Shown: positions 22,009-34,800 of the stretch, piece by piece
Numbering within the stretch: the first letter of the stretch is position 1
How the letters are laid out: every line of letters begins with the position of its first letter
Assembly: GCA_965637545.1 (NCBI GenBank)
Contig: OZ281496.1
Span: 28,830,001 to 28,894,000, forward strand
DNA: 64,000 nucleotides
Direction of reading: 5' to 3'
From: Phallusia mammillata
Taxonomy: Eukaryota
Notes under the pieces: generated by a model
Database searches by the model: none
Seen by the model: the letters and a program-made list of their open reading frames with translations, nothing else
Told to the model about the DNA's origin: nothing
Program-made: the position numbers and the translations under genes

Positions 22009-25000
22009 TTATGCTAAAGGCAGTTGACTGTGTGTGCTATGTGTAGGCTGGATCTTGGCCCGCGCGCTTCTTTTCTTTCTTCGTTGATTGCTTCTTCTGC
22101 AGTTGATGTAGACAGCCACAACAACGCCCAACATAATAACGGCTGCCACAAGCACCACTCCTACCACTATAAGCACAGTTGAGTTGCTTTCGCCTGCAGG
22201 AAAAAGGGGACAATTTTAATGTAAACTGTTTAGGGTATTTAAATGGACATAAATTTGTAACTGGGACAGCCCTGAAGCGTTCATGCAGATCAGCGATCAC
22301 GTCATACTCGTTTGTAAGTCATGTTACCTAAGGCCAATTTGAAGGTTATACACCTGTTTAGGGTGCATACTATACAGTTGTTTATACCCCCATTGAATAA
22401 TTAGAAGTCATTATACCCCGGTAAACATTTCAACTTTTTAACAATAGACTTATCAGTTTTTTATTGGCCTTGTACTGTTTGCACCGGTTCTATGAGACCT
22501 GTGCTAGAGATTTTTTTGCCAATTAAACTACAAACCAAAACTGTAGAATACATTGTCATTATGTACTGTACATATAATGTTAGCATTATGTATATTATTC
22601 CAAACTGGCATAGCAGGCCTTAAGTTTTTTAAGTTTTACCAAACTGATCAATTTTAAAATCAATTTTTATGTAAAACTGTAGATTTGGAACTTGCATGAA
22701 TTTGGTTTCTGTAATTGGGAATCAGAGAGACTATTGTTTAAAAACTGATTTACCATTCATTTCAATTTAGGTGTTAGTACAAATATTGAAAAAAAAACAT
22801 GCCAGTTAAGAAAAAAACAGGTAATAAAGTGGTAGTTTTAGTTAGACTTAGGTATCAAAAAGTCCCAGTAGCTACAATTTCAAAACAAAACTTTACTTTG
22901 ATCTGGAAGGGGGTCAGCATTAAATCCATCTTGGTCGACGTCATACTGTCGCTCGTTAGCGCCACCTCCTGGCCTGAGAAAACTCAACCAGTCATCGAGA
23001 AATCCAGGCTCAACTATCCGTATAACGTCCGAACTTATCATGGTGCTGTCCTCTTCTAAGCGAGCTTTTATATCGAGCCCGGCAAACCTATAAGAAATCG
23101 TTCAGTGATTAGATCAGGGGTTCTTAACCTGGGGTGCGAGAACTGTTCCTAGGGGGTGCGGGGATGCTGAATCATTAAGGTTGGTTAGGTCTATTCTATT
23201 TAGGCAATTACAGAAGGGAGAGCGAAAATTGGTTAGTGATTTGAAAGGGGGTGCGAAAATTGGTTGGTGATTTGAAAGGGGTGCAGCAAGGAAAAAAGGT
23301 TAAGAACCACTGGATTAGATAGAAACAAAGTTGTAGGGCTGGTTTCGGGCTTAAGATTGATTAAAGCAGGTATGCTTGGGGCCTGAACCTACCCTTGGCC
23401 GAGTTTGTGCACTTTGATAAGTACAGCTTTCAGGCCTAATTCATGCTTTTTTTAATCGGATTCGGATCCATTTTGAGCTGAAGTTTGATTAAATCAGGCC
23501 TGATTCGGGAGGACCTTACACTCCACCGCGTATGTACGTAATTTGGCCTTGATAAGTCTAGCTTCGGCTTTGTTTTTAGTTACCAGGTTCGGATCAAGTC
23601 CGGGCTTAAGTAAATCGCACAGAAGCATACACGTGTCTATACTTTGTCGTCTAGGTAAATTGCCCTCAATGATTCTTGTTTGGTTTAAGAAATCGTTTGT
23701 GCGGTAACATTTGCACAAGTGTATGGACACGTAACTTGTAATCCCTTAAACTACCGAAGGTCAAGGCTAAAATGCTCCAAACAGCCAAATGCAAAATCAT
23801 GTCTTTGAACTTTAAACGTAACCCTACAATCCCTGCTACTGTATGAAACAAGTTCTCTAAAGTCAGATAGAAAATGTCTTCTATTTTATATGATGTATTT
23901 TCACATGATATATTGATACGTTTTTACGTGATACTAATCATAAACCTCCGCTTACCGTTTTTGTCTTCGCCTCTCGCACGAACAGAACTCCGGATGCGCA
24001 GTTTTGTTGCACACACTGACGTAGCAATGCAGGTAAACCGCGTCCATACTTTGTTTCCACTTAAACATCTTGAAGCAAAATCTGGCAGCGCTCTCGTTGC
24101 CGTTAGCAACTATTACTGTGGTGGGGTCATCAACACATCTGAAAATAAGTCCAATGTTTTTCGTTTGTCTAATACGGGGTTCATTAAAATTACTCTAAGA
24201 AAAAATCTCGCCTGGCAGACCTATGAGCCAGTTATGATTGTATTCTCTAAAATACCTTCCCAACAGGCTACTTTCCTATGTATTGACGTTAGGCACTTTG
24301 CCTAAATCAAAACGATGAGAAGCGTAGGCAGGAAATACATTGGTGAGAAATGCTGAACCATCGCTGTTATTATAGTTAGTGAAAGGGTTTGCTGTTACGT
24401 TTTAAGATACTTTCTAGGTCCATGTTTAGTTTTTCCAAATATATGAAGCTTACAGCAATAAATAAAATACTCATTTCCACTTTTATTTTTCAGTCCCTTT
24501 GTTATTTGGACGATTTTTTAAATTTCACTTAGTTTGCTCACTTGTTGTTGACCAAATTGTGATACTCCCCACTTCCGTTCCTGTTCACTGAAGCCCAGCA
24601 GCGTAACATGGTTAATGCGAGATCCTTGGGCATCACATTTACAAGGTTTTGTTCTGCGGGGTAATAAATTGCCTGTTAACCTGATTTTCGTCCTTATTCT
24701 ATATTTTAAGCCTAAAACAAAAACTTCTTTGAATTTTTATTCGGCAAAACTTTTAAAAGCCAAATTTGTGTATAGTCAGCGGGCCTGAGGTTTTTTTTCA
24801 TGCCTGTAGCAAATGGGTCTCACTATCATACTTTGTCCAGCATATTTTTGATCGCGCATTTAGCACTAAACTAACTAGACATTAATTTGAATTAAAACTT
24901 ATACTACAGCATTTGTTGCACACAATCACACGTGTATTTGCAGTCTTTTGTACTTACGAACACAAACTTCTTGTTGTATTGCTATGACAGGTCGAGTATT

Positions 25001-27251
25001 GAGTCTTGTCAAACCAGTGAAGCTTCGGTTTTTGTGCAAATCCATTCGAACAGTAAAACGACCGTAACTTGTGTCGAAATCCACAGTTCTGCGTCAGAAT
25101 AAAGAAATATTTAGATTCAAGACACTCGCATCAATAGTAAATCAATAAGATTTAGTTTAAACGTTGCACAACAGTTCATATTAAGTTAACAAGAAGATCA
25201 GATTTTTGTGAATATAGTTTATAAGTTGCGGTTTTAAAGTTTTACAGATTTGAGTAGCCCTACTGATTTTACGTTTTACTATTTTAATTACAGTCCCTAT
25301 ATATTTAACAGTGTTTAGAATACTGTTGAAAGGGGCCATAGGAATATTTAAAAGTTACAATAACTGCCACGTTACCAATAACCACTATTATTTCATCTCA
25401 ACTTAAATCAACTTTAAGTGCGTTTGGTAACATTTTAGGCATCAATATTTTTGCTTATAGTAGAAAACGTCTTGCGCCTTGTTTAGTTCGCCTACATTTG
25501 TATACTTACGTGACAGTGGGGACAACTGGGCCTAGCATGACCGCATAACGATCCGTGTAATTACAACGAAAATCCACCAACACGAGGGGGCGCTCAACAA
25601 CCTCGTCAATTTTATTCCAAACGATTTGCTGGCTGAACAGATAGCCACCGGTGTCCCTCTGAAAATGTGAAATTTCCATTTAGGTGAAATCGTTTGGTAA
25701 TTAAACCTCTGGATAAAAACGGTTAAACAGTGGTTCTTAACTGGTGGTCTATGGAATTTGATTATATTTTGCGATAACGTGGATTATTAATAGAGGGCTT
25801 CGTTTGTGCAAATGTGTTCCATTCCCTATTAAATTATGAACAGTGCCGAAAATACAAGGCCCAAATTCATATTTCCTAAGTAGTTTTCTAAACGCTAATA
25901 TGGTTATCTGTTTTCCCAACAAACAGTTCCTTATTATAAAGTAACATTGCCTAACTTCGCAATGAATTAGACTTCAAGATGTGATACCGAATTTGTTCTC
26001 TTTGCCAAGGATAATAATAAAAGAGAAACAAATGTACCCATCCCAAGATAATGAGAAATTGCCAAACTGACAGTAGGTTGTCGCAAAAGCAACTGTAACA
26101 AAAAAATGTTTCACACACTCACCTTCAACTGGACGCCGCAGTCAGTGAAGGGTGCGTCAACTTTGAGATGATACTGACCGTTTCTCTTCACTGACAAACA
26201 AGACGGTGCGCCCTTGAAGTGAACAAACCTCGTGTCATCTTCTAAATCTTGTTCAGTGACAACTCTTTCATCAATTAAGATCTCAATACTTAAATTGCCG
26301 CAGTTGATTTTGGGAAATGCTGCAAAATATGAAATGCCTTTTTATATTGGAACAGCATAATTGTAAGCAGGCCCGAGCCCGAAACCGGCCCGAATCCGAA
26401 TCGTATTTGAGGAGCCCCTTTATGCCCGAAAGTGTAATTGATAGACCTGTAAAAATAAAGACATAAGTATACACTATAGACAACAGTGAACAATGGCTTA
26501 AAACAAAACGTTTTAGGACTGTTGGGTTTTATGTTTAGTCCAGCAACTGACAATTTAGTTAGGTATTCAATATTTTCAAAAATTATGGTAAGAGAATTTG
26601 AAGTCACGCCCCAATCAAGCCCGTTTAATAAAAGAAACCAGCCCGAACCCGAAGGCGCGCTTGACCAGGCAGTTGCCAAATTATTAGGTTTGCAGCATGT
26701 GGGTTAGCCACAGATCAATTTAGAAAAACAACAGCATTTAAGTCTTAGACCAAACCAATTTGTAACCGCTTCTTTATACGATTTTGCCCAGGAGTTATAA
26801 GTTACATATAGCACTGGCCTAAGTTGCGTGAGAAATAACAACCACTCTATTTCCATAGACCGTGATTAAAATCAGAAAAATGGTGGCGTTTTATAAAATA
26901 TCTGCTCATTTGGATCAAAAGCGACAATTTTTAATTACCCACAAAGCGAAGATGCGTTGGCGTCAAAAAGTAGCAAGTACCGCTTTTAAATATTTTCTTA
27001 CTTGAGCCTATATAAAACAATTCACGCCCTAAACCTAAACACACTTCAACGATATACCATTGGATTGACTTACGTAAATCGCAGTGGATTCCTGCAAATG
27101 CTTCAGGACATATACATGAGAATCCTTGATTTCCACTTGGTCTTGCAAGGCACTCCCCACCGTTGGCACAAGGGTTTGGTTCACATGGCGAAGCTATTAC
27201 TGATGCTTCAAGTCCAAGTAGAAGCCATAGGCCCAAACGAAGGCCAATCAT
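22009..27251 (-). CDS. Type I membrane protein: signal peptide, EGF, ZP domain, furin site, TM, short tail (~427 aa)
   Basis: Exons 27251-27074 (signal + EGF CEPNPCANGGEC...CICPEAFAGIHC), 26319-26123, 25658-25510, 25088-24958, 24653-24542, 24138-23956, ~23045-22897, 22193-22009. ZP motifs INCG, DCG, FRCNY, GRFTVRMDL, RCWA, KCVDDPT, NG-ARF, VYLHCYVSVC; basic site RRRQKR; TM VLIVVGVVLVAAVIMLGVVVAVYI. The junction after RRRQKR is not fully resolved (alternative acceptor or a micro-exon near 23837). Confidence 0.88.
23115..23312. mobile_element. hAT-type MITE (198 bp) in a ZP-gene intron
   Basis: Terminal inverted repeats CAGGGGTTCTTAACC / GGTTAAGAACCACTG; 8-bp target-site duplication GATTAGAT (23107-23114, 23313-23320); internal ~30-bp direct repeat. 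Confidence 0.9.
23336..23612. repeat. Degenerate TCGGG/GGCCTGA-rich repeat family (similar patches ~26365-26660, ~33783-33965, ~46474-46632)
   Basis: Recurrent motifs TTCGGGC, CAGGCCTGA and GCCCGAA(C/T)CCGAA in short intronic patches; likely decayed non-autonomous DNA elements. Ends not defined. Confidence 0.4.
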
Positions 27252-30200
27252 GTCTAAGATTTTCGAAGTCTTTCTGGTATAAACTGGGATATTGTTTAAA
27301 TCGTTTTGGCAGTCTTTATTTTGGTCAGAAGTTTAATTGTCCAAAAGCATGCTTTATTTCATTCACTATAGTGAATTGTGCATATTTGCATGAAAATTTT
27401 GGTGATTTATTGAACTATAGCATTTTCTGAAACATAAAACCAAAACTACGTAACGAAATTAGAATCATGTGAATTAGGCCACAACGGCTTGATTTTAAGC
27501 CCTAGGGCGGGCGCATAGCAACGTATTTATTCAGCCTGCAATTTACAGAGTTTAAGAAAATGCTGCACTAGAACAAACATGGACCAAATGGCGGTAGAAG
27601 CCTTTGAACTTACATTGATACATACAAATATCACTAATAAAGCGTTGTGTTTGATGCTAAAAATGCATTGGTGTCAAAATGTTGATATTCTAACGAACAC
27701 CCGAGTTATGAGGCTGTACACAAGGTCCACATTGAAACCATGAAAAGTTATAATGCACTGGTTCTTAACCTTACTTATACACCTATCCGTTCGTTGTTCT
27801 CTGAGCACTTGACAACTTTTTTTTTTTCAACACCATCTTTAGTTTATACGTAATTTTTCGCAGTTTTCGACCAACTCCAGGGAGTTCGACCAACTCAGGT
27901 GAAATAACACTGTTATAACCGTTCCATGTTTTGCACTTTCAAAACATACCCTTCTCTTTGCATGGTAACAATATTAAAACTACAACATTAATTCAATGCT
28001 ACAAAAGGCGTTGCGCCAATTCTTTAACACGAGATTTTTACCTATGGCACTATAAGGTTATTTGAGCCAATCTAAATACTTCGCGAGTATAACATTTATC
28101 TAAACCTGTTAGAAAGGTGTTGCTGAAGCGCTTGCTAGGCGCTCTAACCGTTAACGATAACAGCACGCAATTGTTGACTCTGTAGCCTAAGGGCAATTGT
28201 TGTAAATGCCACGCAAACTTTACATTACACAACATAAATATCTCTTGTCTGACTTATTGCAAGCACTTTGCATGTTCCACATAATTTGATCTGGGTGATA
28301 GCCTACTGTGACCCTACGCTAAGGCCTGGCGGAAAATTGTACAATACTAGGCGAATACCCTACATTAAGAATACACTTCTGAAACTATTTCTTTGTGTAC
28401 ATCTTTTAGGGCAAATCTAAAGCAGCTTCATTTTATAATTGCGTTTTGCCGAATTCGCCGTCTTTGGATGTATACTATTCCGTCACCTTAGATACACTAT
28501 GTGGTCTCTCTTCTAGCCGTTTCCTTCATTTAAACTTAGTATTTGCAAAATGTAGATTACTAAGGTTTTCATACGTACACGCAATTCATACGTGACCTGT
28601 ACATTGATGCATAATTATTTCTAGTAACCCAGCATTACTGTTCCCAATGGTTTTCTATGCTAATAATTTGCCTATCTCCTAACGCATGTGATTGCATGTT
28701 TGTTTTACTACACTACTCGCCAGCTAAAACTTGAGAAACCGGTTTGAACCGCAATCAGCCACTGATGGCGCTACTGATCAGGTTTTGTTGACGACTTGGT
28801 TGGTACGGATTAGTGAACTAATAAAAAATAAAATGATCTGTTACATAATAATTACATTAAGTTCGGCAAATACATGTGGAAATATTAATTATTGTTCAAC
28901 CAGTGTTGTTGACTCTATTAGATATTTGTATGGTCATAAATTTATTGCAATGCTATAATCAGTGTGTAACTTTGTAGATTGTGGGTGCATTTTTTATTCT
29001 GCAAGAAATTGTAGACTAAAAACTTTGACAAGTCTGAAGTTATTTTATGTATTAAAGTTTTCAGTCTGTTATTTTGTCCATCTCTCCTACTGAGTGTTTG
29101 ATTACTCGTGATTCTATAATATACTACAAGTGTTTAAAATATCTAATTATATTTTAATTTCGGATCCTTATGCACAGGAAACATTTCTAATTTGCACAAT
29201 GTTTGCATTTCTTGTTGGTGGGATAAAATTTTTCTGTCGATTCCAAAAAGTAATTTATTTTGCTATTCTTTTACCTGTAGCATTATATACCAGTTTCAAT
29301 TCCGATTTCAAGCAGTTCGTGTCAATGACCGTTTGTCAAACTTCTCTACATGACAAAACGCACGGCTCAGCTTAAGCTGTTTTGATGGACAAGTCGACGT
29401 GCTTTATACGAAAGCAAAAACATGTTATGTGCACGCGCTCAGTTGCCAAGCACCGACCCCTTTATGGTTGAGTGATTATGACGTCACAGACTAACCGCAG
29501 GCGACTTTTTGCCTTGACGCCTTGTTAGCCAGCAATGACGTTGAATTGCATCACAAAAACGCTGCCGAAAACACGGCTAATAGCACGCAGACAAATGAAA
29601 ACAATACATAGATAAATAATTTCATGTAGACAATTTTCAAAAAATAATTTCATAATTAGGTGCAAATGTCTTTTCATATAACATTTCGTTCACTGCTTTA
29701 AAACATTTGATTTACAATCTTTTAATCTAACAGCGATAACAAATAAACTAATTTATAGATTTTTTTATCACACAAAATCTGGCAAAGTCGTTGAAAAATA
29801 AAATCTGCTATTGGGCATATGAGGCATCTAGCAGCAATGTTTGTTTTTCAGTTTCGATTCAAACATTCAAATGTTAGCACCATACAAACCGGCGTAAACA
29901 CAAATACGCTTGGCTGCGATAATTCGCATACATTTTTGATATCAACACTGGCATTAAGTTAAAGCGTTTAAGTACGTTTATAGTTTTATTTATACCATAC
30001 AAATTAAGAATAACACACTATCCATTTTTTAACTTTTTGTTCTATAAATACCGTTGATGTTAATCTCGTGTTTGATTTAAAACATTGATGAACCAAAGAT
30101 GCGCAAAAAATATTTTTTAAACCTTTGTACTTTTAAGACGCTTATTGCGACATGAATTCTTAAAAACATTTTTGACTACACGTAATGCATGGGGTTTATG

Positions 30201-30327
30201 TGAATATTTTCTTGAACGTATGTAGTGAGAAAATGAACCCAAACAACTGCCTTAGGTTTACTTTGCTAATCGACAATTAGTTTTTTTTTATCAATTAATC
30301 CTATTACATTGCAGTGCGCCCGTCACT

Positions 30328-30362
30328 GTGCCAAAGTTCAACGTCCGCGAGGTCCTTCACCT
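30328..30362. promoter_or_regulatory. DR1/HNF4-like and IR1-like nuclear-receptor elements upstream of the ABCB gene
   Basis: GTGCCA-A-AGTTCA at 30328-30340; AGGTCC-T-TCACCT at 30350-30362 (10/12 match to AGGTCA-n-TGACCT). Confidence 0.35.
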
Positions 30363-30553
30363 ATCGAGCCCCATCAAGCGGAACCTGGGCCGATGACTTG
30401 CGACGATTCTCATAAGTGCACAGTGAGTAACACATGTATTGCGGTGTTTGCCAGTTGCGACGATAAGCAGAAACACTTAAACATTATTCCACACGAAAAA
30501 CGCTTCAGCCCTTTTTGTACACAACTTCTTGGAATGGAATTTTCGAGCCTGTG

Positions 30554-30561
30554 TATAAAAG
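30554..30561 (+). promoter_or_regulatory. Putative TATA box of the ABCB gene
   Basis: TATAAAAG followed about 50 nt later by a GTAAGT donor (30609); the next strong acceptor (TTTTTCAG, 31755) opens the ATG-containing exon. Confidence 0.4.
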
Positions 30562-30694
30562 GTGAACTACAGGTTGCTATGAATGCTTTATAGACAGGAA
30601 ACTACGTAGTAAGTGCACGGACTTTGTTCTCTTGTGCGCGCTTAAGGAGTCAATGAGTTAAAGACGATCAACTGATTTGCAGGAAAAAACAGTT

Positions 30695-31010
30695 TTTTTT
30701 TGTCGTAGTAGTGCGTAGATAATTTTAATTTTTCGAATTTAAAAGCGGGAAGTGGGTTCTAAGTGTGCTTTGTGCGGTCAACTATGACTTGATTTGCTTC
30801 TATAGTCGTTAGGATAATAATTCAAAAATGCAGTTACACGTGTAAAACTTCCAAAAATGGCCCAAAACTACTTTTTTGCGTACTAGTATGTTTTGTTATT
30901 TGAATTTAAAAGCGCACAGTGGATTCCACAAGTGTACTTTGTGACGTCAACTGTAAACTAATTTGCTTTCATTAACGTCAAAGATCGTAAACAATAATTC
31001 CAAAAAATAA
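30695..31010. repeat. ~170-bp degenerate tandem duplication in the putative first (5'UTR) intron of the ABCB gene
   Basis: GAATTTAAAAGCG...AAGTGT(G/A)CTTTGTG..GTCAACT...ATTTGCTT...AATAATTC.AAAA occurs at ~30734 and ~30903. Confidence 0.65.
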
Positions 31011-31836
31011 ATAAATAGAAGAATGACAAAAAACAGTCTTTTTATCGCACAGGAACATTTGTTTGCCTGTAAATTGCGCATTCGCCGAAGTAAATTGCGA
31101 AAAGGTCAGTGCACCGTTAAGTAGTTATGAGTGTAATGTGGCTATTGCAACACACACACGGCCTATACCTCGCAAATCATCAGCCGTCTCGTCAGCAATC
31201 ATACGCTAGGTATACAATATACGCACTACGAATAACTCGAATGTAAATGTTTAACATGGGTTCAACGGCCCCGTGTTGTGTATGATTGGCGTTCACATGT
31301 ATGCCTTATATTAATGTTGGACCAATAACCCGAAACAGCGTCACAGAAAGGTTGAACTATAAGAGGCTGTAAACTTGATTTCGTTTCCTTAGTTCAATGT
31401 TGCGTTATCTTGTATTGGCTCGATGTTTTATATTTGTGAGAGTTGCGTCGATTTTTGAAACTAAGCAAAAGTGAACAGTTTGGTTAAGGCTACTTCTTTA
31501 TCAAAAGACCTGAGACCTGACAAAATAGCATTTAAACGCAAGTACAGCTATATATTAGTATTTGATTGCCGAAGTAGCATATGGACCCTTGCCCCAGTGT
31601 AAGTAGCTGACTTGCTTGTATGGAAAGTATCAGTTCCGTTTGGAAAGCACCACAATTTCAAAAAAACATTTGACTTGTATACAGGCACTTAACGTGGTGT
31701 GTTTTATATCTTGACATTCGCATCTACTCGACCCTGTCTACTGTTTGTTTTTCAGCCCTGCATCAACTAGCTGGGGATTTACGTTAAATCAGCGTGGTTA
31801 ATATAAATTACCGCCTAAGCAATTAGCACCAACACT

Positions 31837-34800
31837 ATGAAGTATACGCTACAAGACGAAGGGACCGATTTTACTCAGCATGGAGAGTACAGAAGGGGTA
31901 GCTCGTACACGAATGATGCCTATATCCACGAGACAGGTAAGCAATCTCCTATGTCACTCTGTTGTGTGCACTGCCAGCAAGCATTTTGCCATACTTAATT
32001 TAAATTTGCTATGTTGCTGTAATGCTGCATCGATAGAAAGGTTGGTTTCTGCTCAACATACTGACGCTGCAGTGGTTTTCCAAGTCGGTCTGTTGCATAT
32101 TGTATAAAATAGACTAAAATCTAAAGTAATGGTATAAGGCGTTGTTGCGTATGCACACAATTAGTCAACGTGACTAATACGTTTACAACCCAGGATTTGT
32201 CAATAAACGCCAGAATATGTTGGTATATGCTACTTACAAGCTGACTTATGTTGAGATGCCTTTAGGATCCAGCTACACTTTATTGCCATATTGCTTAACA
32301 AAGATAACACCATTCTACTAAAATTGTTTTCTATAAGTTATGTATTATAAGTTTCCTAAAAATAGCCTCTACGTGTTTTTCGTATTTAAACAGAGTTTAA
32401 CGATGTCTACCGGTCGTCACAATCTCCTGATTTCGGCATCAAGAATGACAAAGGGTAAGTGTTATGCCTATCATATGAAGCATATCGATTCGACACGAGC
32501 ACATGGCTGACATTAGGGTTTAAACAAAATGCACGACACTTGGTAATTATGCACAGGAAAGAGGACAGCAATGGCCTAAGCGCGCACGCTTTTTCACACA
32601 CGTATGTGTAGCTCGGTAACTTTACTATTTAAAGCTGTTATATGTTGTTTGCAGTAGATCTGAGTCAATTTGTTCAAGCCCGTATAAAATGATAACAGCT
32701 AAGGTTTATTGATAGGAAGCTAAAGTTTTTGGGTAGTAAAGTCGCGTAACGAGCGCTGTAAACTTATTTAAAATCTGGATGGCTATGTGATGGAACTGTT
32801 TTCCTGTTTGTGCTGCAAAGTTGTGGCTTCTGTGTGTCTGACCTTTAGCCTAGAGAAGCGTAGTGGTGACGACATCGTTTCACACAGCGGTAAGCGGTTT
32901 GGACTTTCAGGATTGTTACATAGTGTGTATTGGCATGACGCATAAAAATCGAACTGCTATGTAAATATTGGTGAGGAATAGGTGTGTGTTCGTTCAATGT
33001 ATAGGATAATACAAACTGGCTAGCTATTGCAGACATAAATACACGTTTTTTAGTGAGGTAAATAAAAAAAGCATACTCGATGATAGTAAGCTGCACAAAG
33101 TGCACATTGTTACCACCTATAAGGTCTCATCCGTGCAGCTGATGACAAGATGTACGCCGTATTGGCTAGTGTAGCCAGCCAATTGATGAGGCCATATAAG
33201 TCTAAACAGTATGTGCACATTCTGAAGCATATCATCCATTGGTTTGATGATTTTACATTTAATGATCACTTTAGAATATTCGAAATGCTTCTAGTATCCT
33301 TAAATATATTTCCGCAATATACTGTAGGACACCAATATAATGTATAACAAATTAGTTTAGTGCTGGGTTTCATATTTTGCTGCAGTTGGTGAAAATTTCA
33401 TTTTATATGCAGGCAGAAGTCACTGGAGGAAGTAATGGCGAAGCAGCGGAAACTCAAAGATTCCAAGTAGGTATAAAGGTCAAATGATTGAAAGCATGAC
33501 TTGGCCGCCTCACATCAAAATTTCACCAAAAGATACTGTCAAATAGCATCTGTTTTACCGCCTCAGTAGCAAAATGTGGAAAACCCCTGTACCAAGGAGC
33601 TCTGTAATGTCTCTATAGCAATAAGTGGTTTTATGTGACAACACATACCAACTTTGCGTGACAGGCAGTTTGCTTGCTTTTCCGGATAAGCTTTTGAATG
33701 ACAGATTACTTTATTTGTAAAAACCTTAGATTTAAAACAATTTGTTTGAAAGCACAACTATGATAATTTGTAGTTGTAAGTGAGGCCTGGCGTTTGAGCT
33801 CGGGTTCTGGTTTGAGTTAGCGTAAAACGGGATTGATTTGAATCTAACGTTACACTAGGTCACATTTCAATCGATTAATTTTTGTCCTGGTTCTTGTTCT
33901 ATTTAATAAAAATTTAAATCGATCTCGTTTTGGCTTGTACTTTCTGGGTTCTGGCTTTGGCCTAAACAGTGAGTTTCTGGCATTGACTGCTATTAAGCCA
34001 AAAACCCACAAATAGTCATTTTCTTGCAGACATAAATCCTTGCTATTACCATTCGTGCCCGTCGAACCGCAGTTTTCGACATTTTTTTGGCAGTTTTTTT
34101 AACCATGTGTTTGGTAAAGACACCTTCTAAGCCTTGTGTTATAAAGCAAGCGGTATTGGACCAGAATCTATTTGGCCTCACCTAAAATTTTCGGCTGCCT
34201 ATGCCACCTGGTTCCAGCTCCCTTTTGTGGTCAGGTTCCAACTCCGTTTGACTTACTTTATGTGGTGCTAAACTTTACAGGAAAGGTAAGAAGAAAAAGA
34301 AGAAAAGCAAGAAGAAGAAAAAGAAGGAAGAGCGAATGAAAATAGAGCAAGTTCCCTTCTTCAAGTTGGTAAGCTGCACAACGATATGTCGTACTATAGA
34401 AAAAGTCCAAGTCATATTTTATTCCAAAGGTCGTCTTTATGAAAATAAACTCATATATTTCTCACAGTGTAGGGTACATAAAAACGGTCTTAATAAAAAA
34501 AACACTTGTGTTTGTTTCATTAAACTCAGCATTATCTGTTGTTCGCTATGTTGTAGCGTTTCCGCAACGCGATTTAGACCAGAAGGTCAAGGTCTTGATG
34601 CATTCTTGTTTCACAATCACATTTCATATTTTTATCAAACCAATTCAAGTACTTTAGGGAGCTGAATGAAATGACCCGCGGGACGTAGTTTAGCGACCCC
34701 TGGACTAGCGTATAAATATTCCGTTTCTTGTTTTAGTTCACATATGCCGGAAGTACAGATGTTCTTCTTATGGTTGTCGGAACTTTTGGAGCAATGGTCC

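Noticed and set aside
23494-23730. Candidate ZP-gene exon ending at the GTAAGG donor near 23520
   Set aside because: It lies in repeat-derived sequence, and splicing it creates a stop at the next junction.
27841-27900. Short direct repeat TTCGACCAACTC x2 as CRISPR-like
   Set aside because: Only two units in eukaryotic DNA; no array structure or cas genes anywhere in the window.
31880-32107. [13 protein letters not shown]... as the ABCB start
   Set aside because: This frame does not connect to the downstream exons; the ATG at 31837 does.
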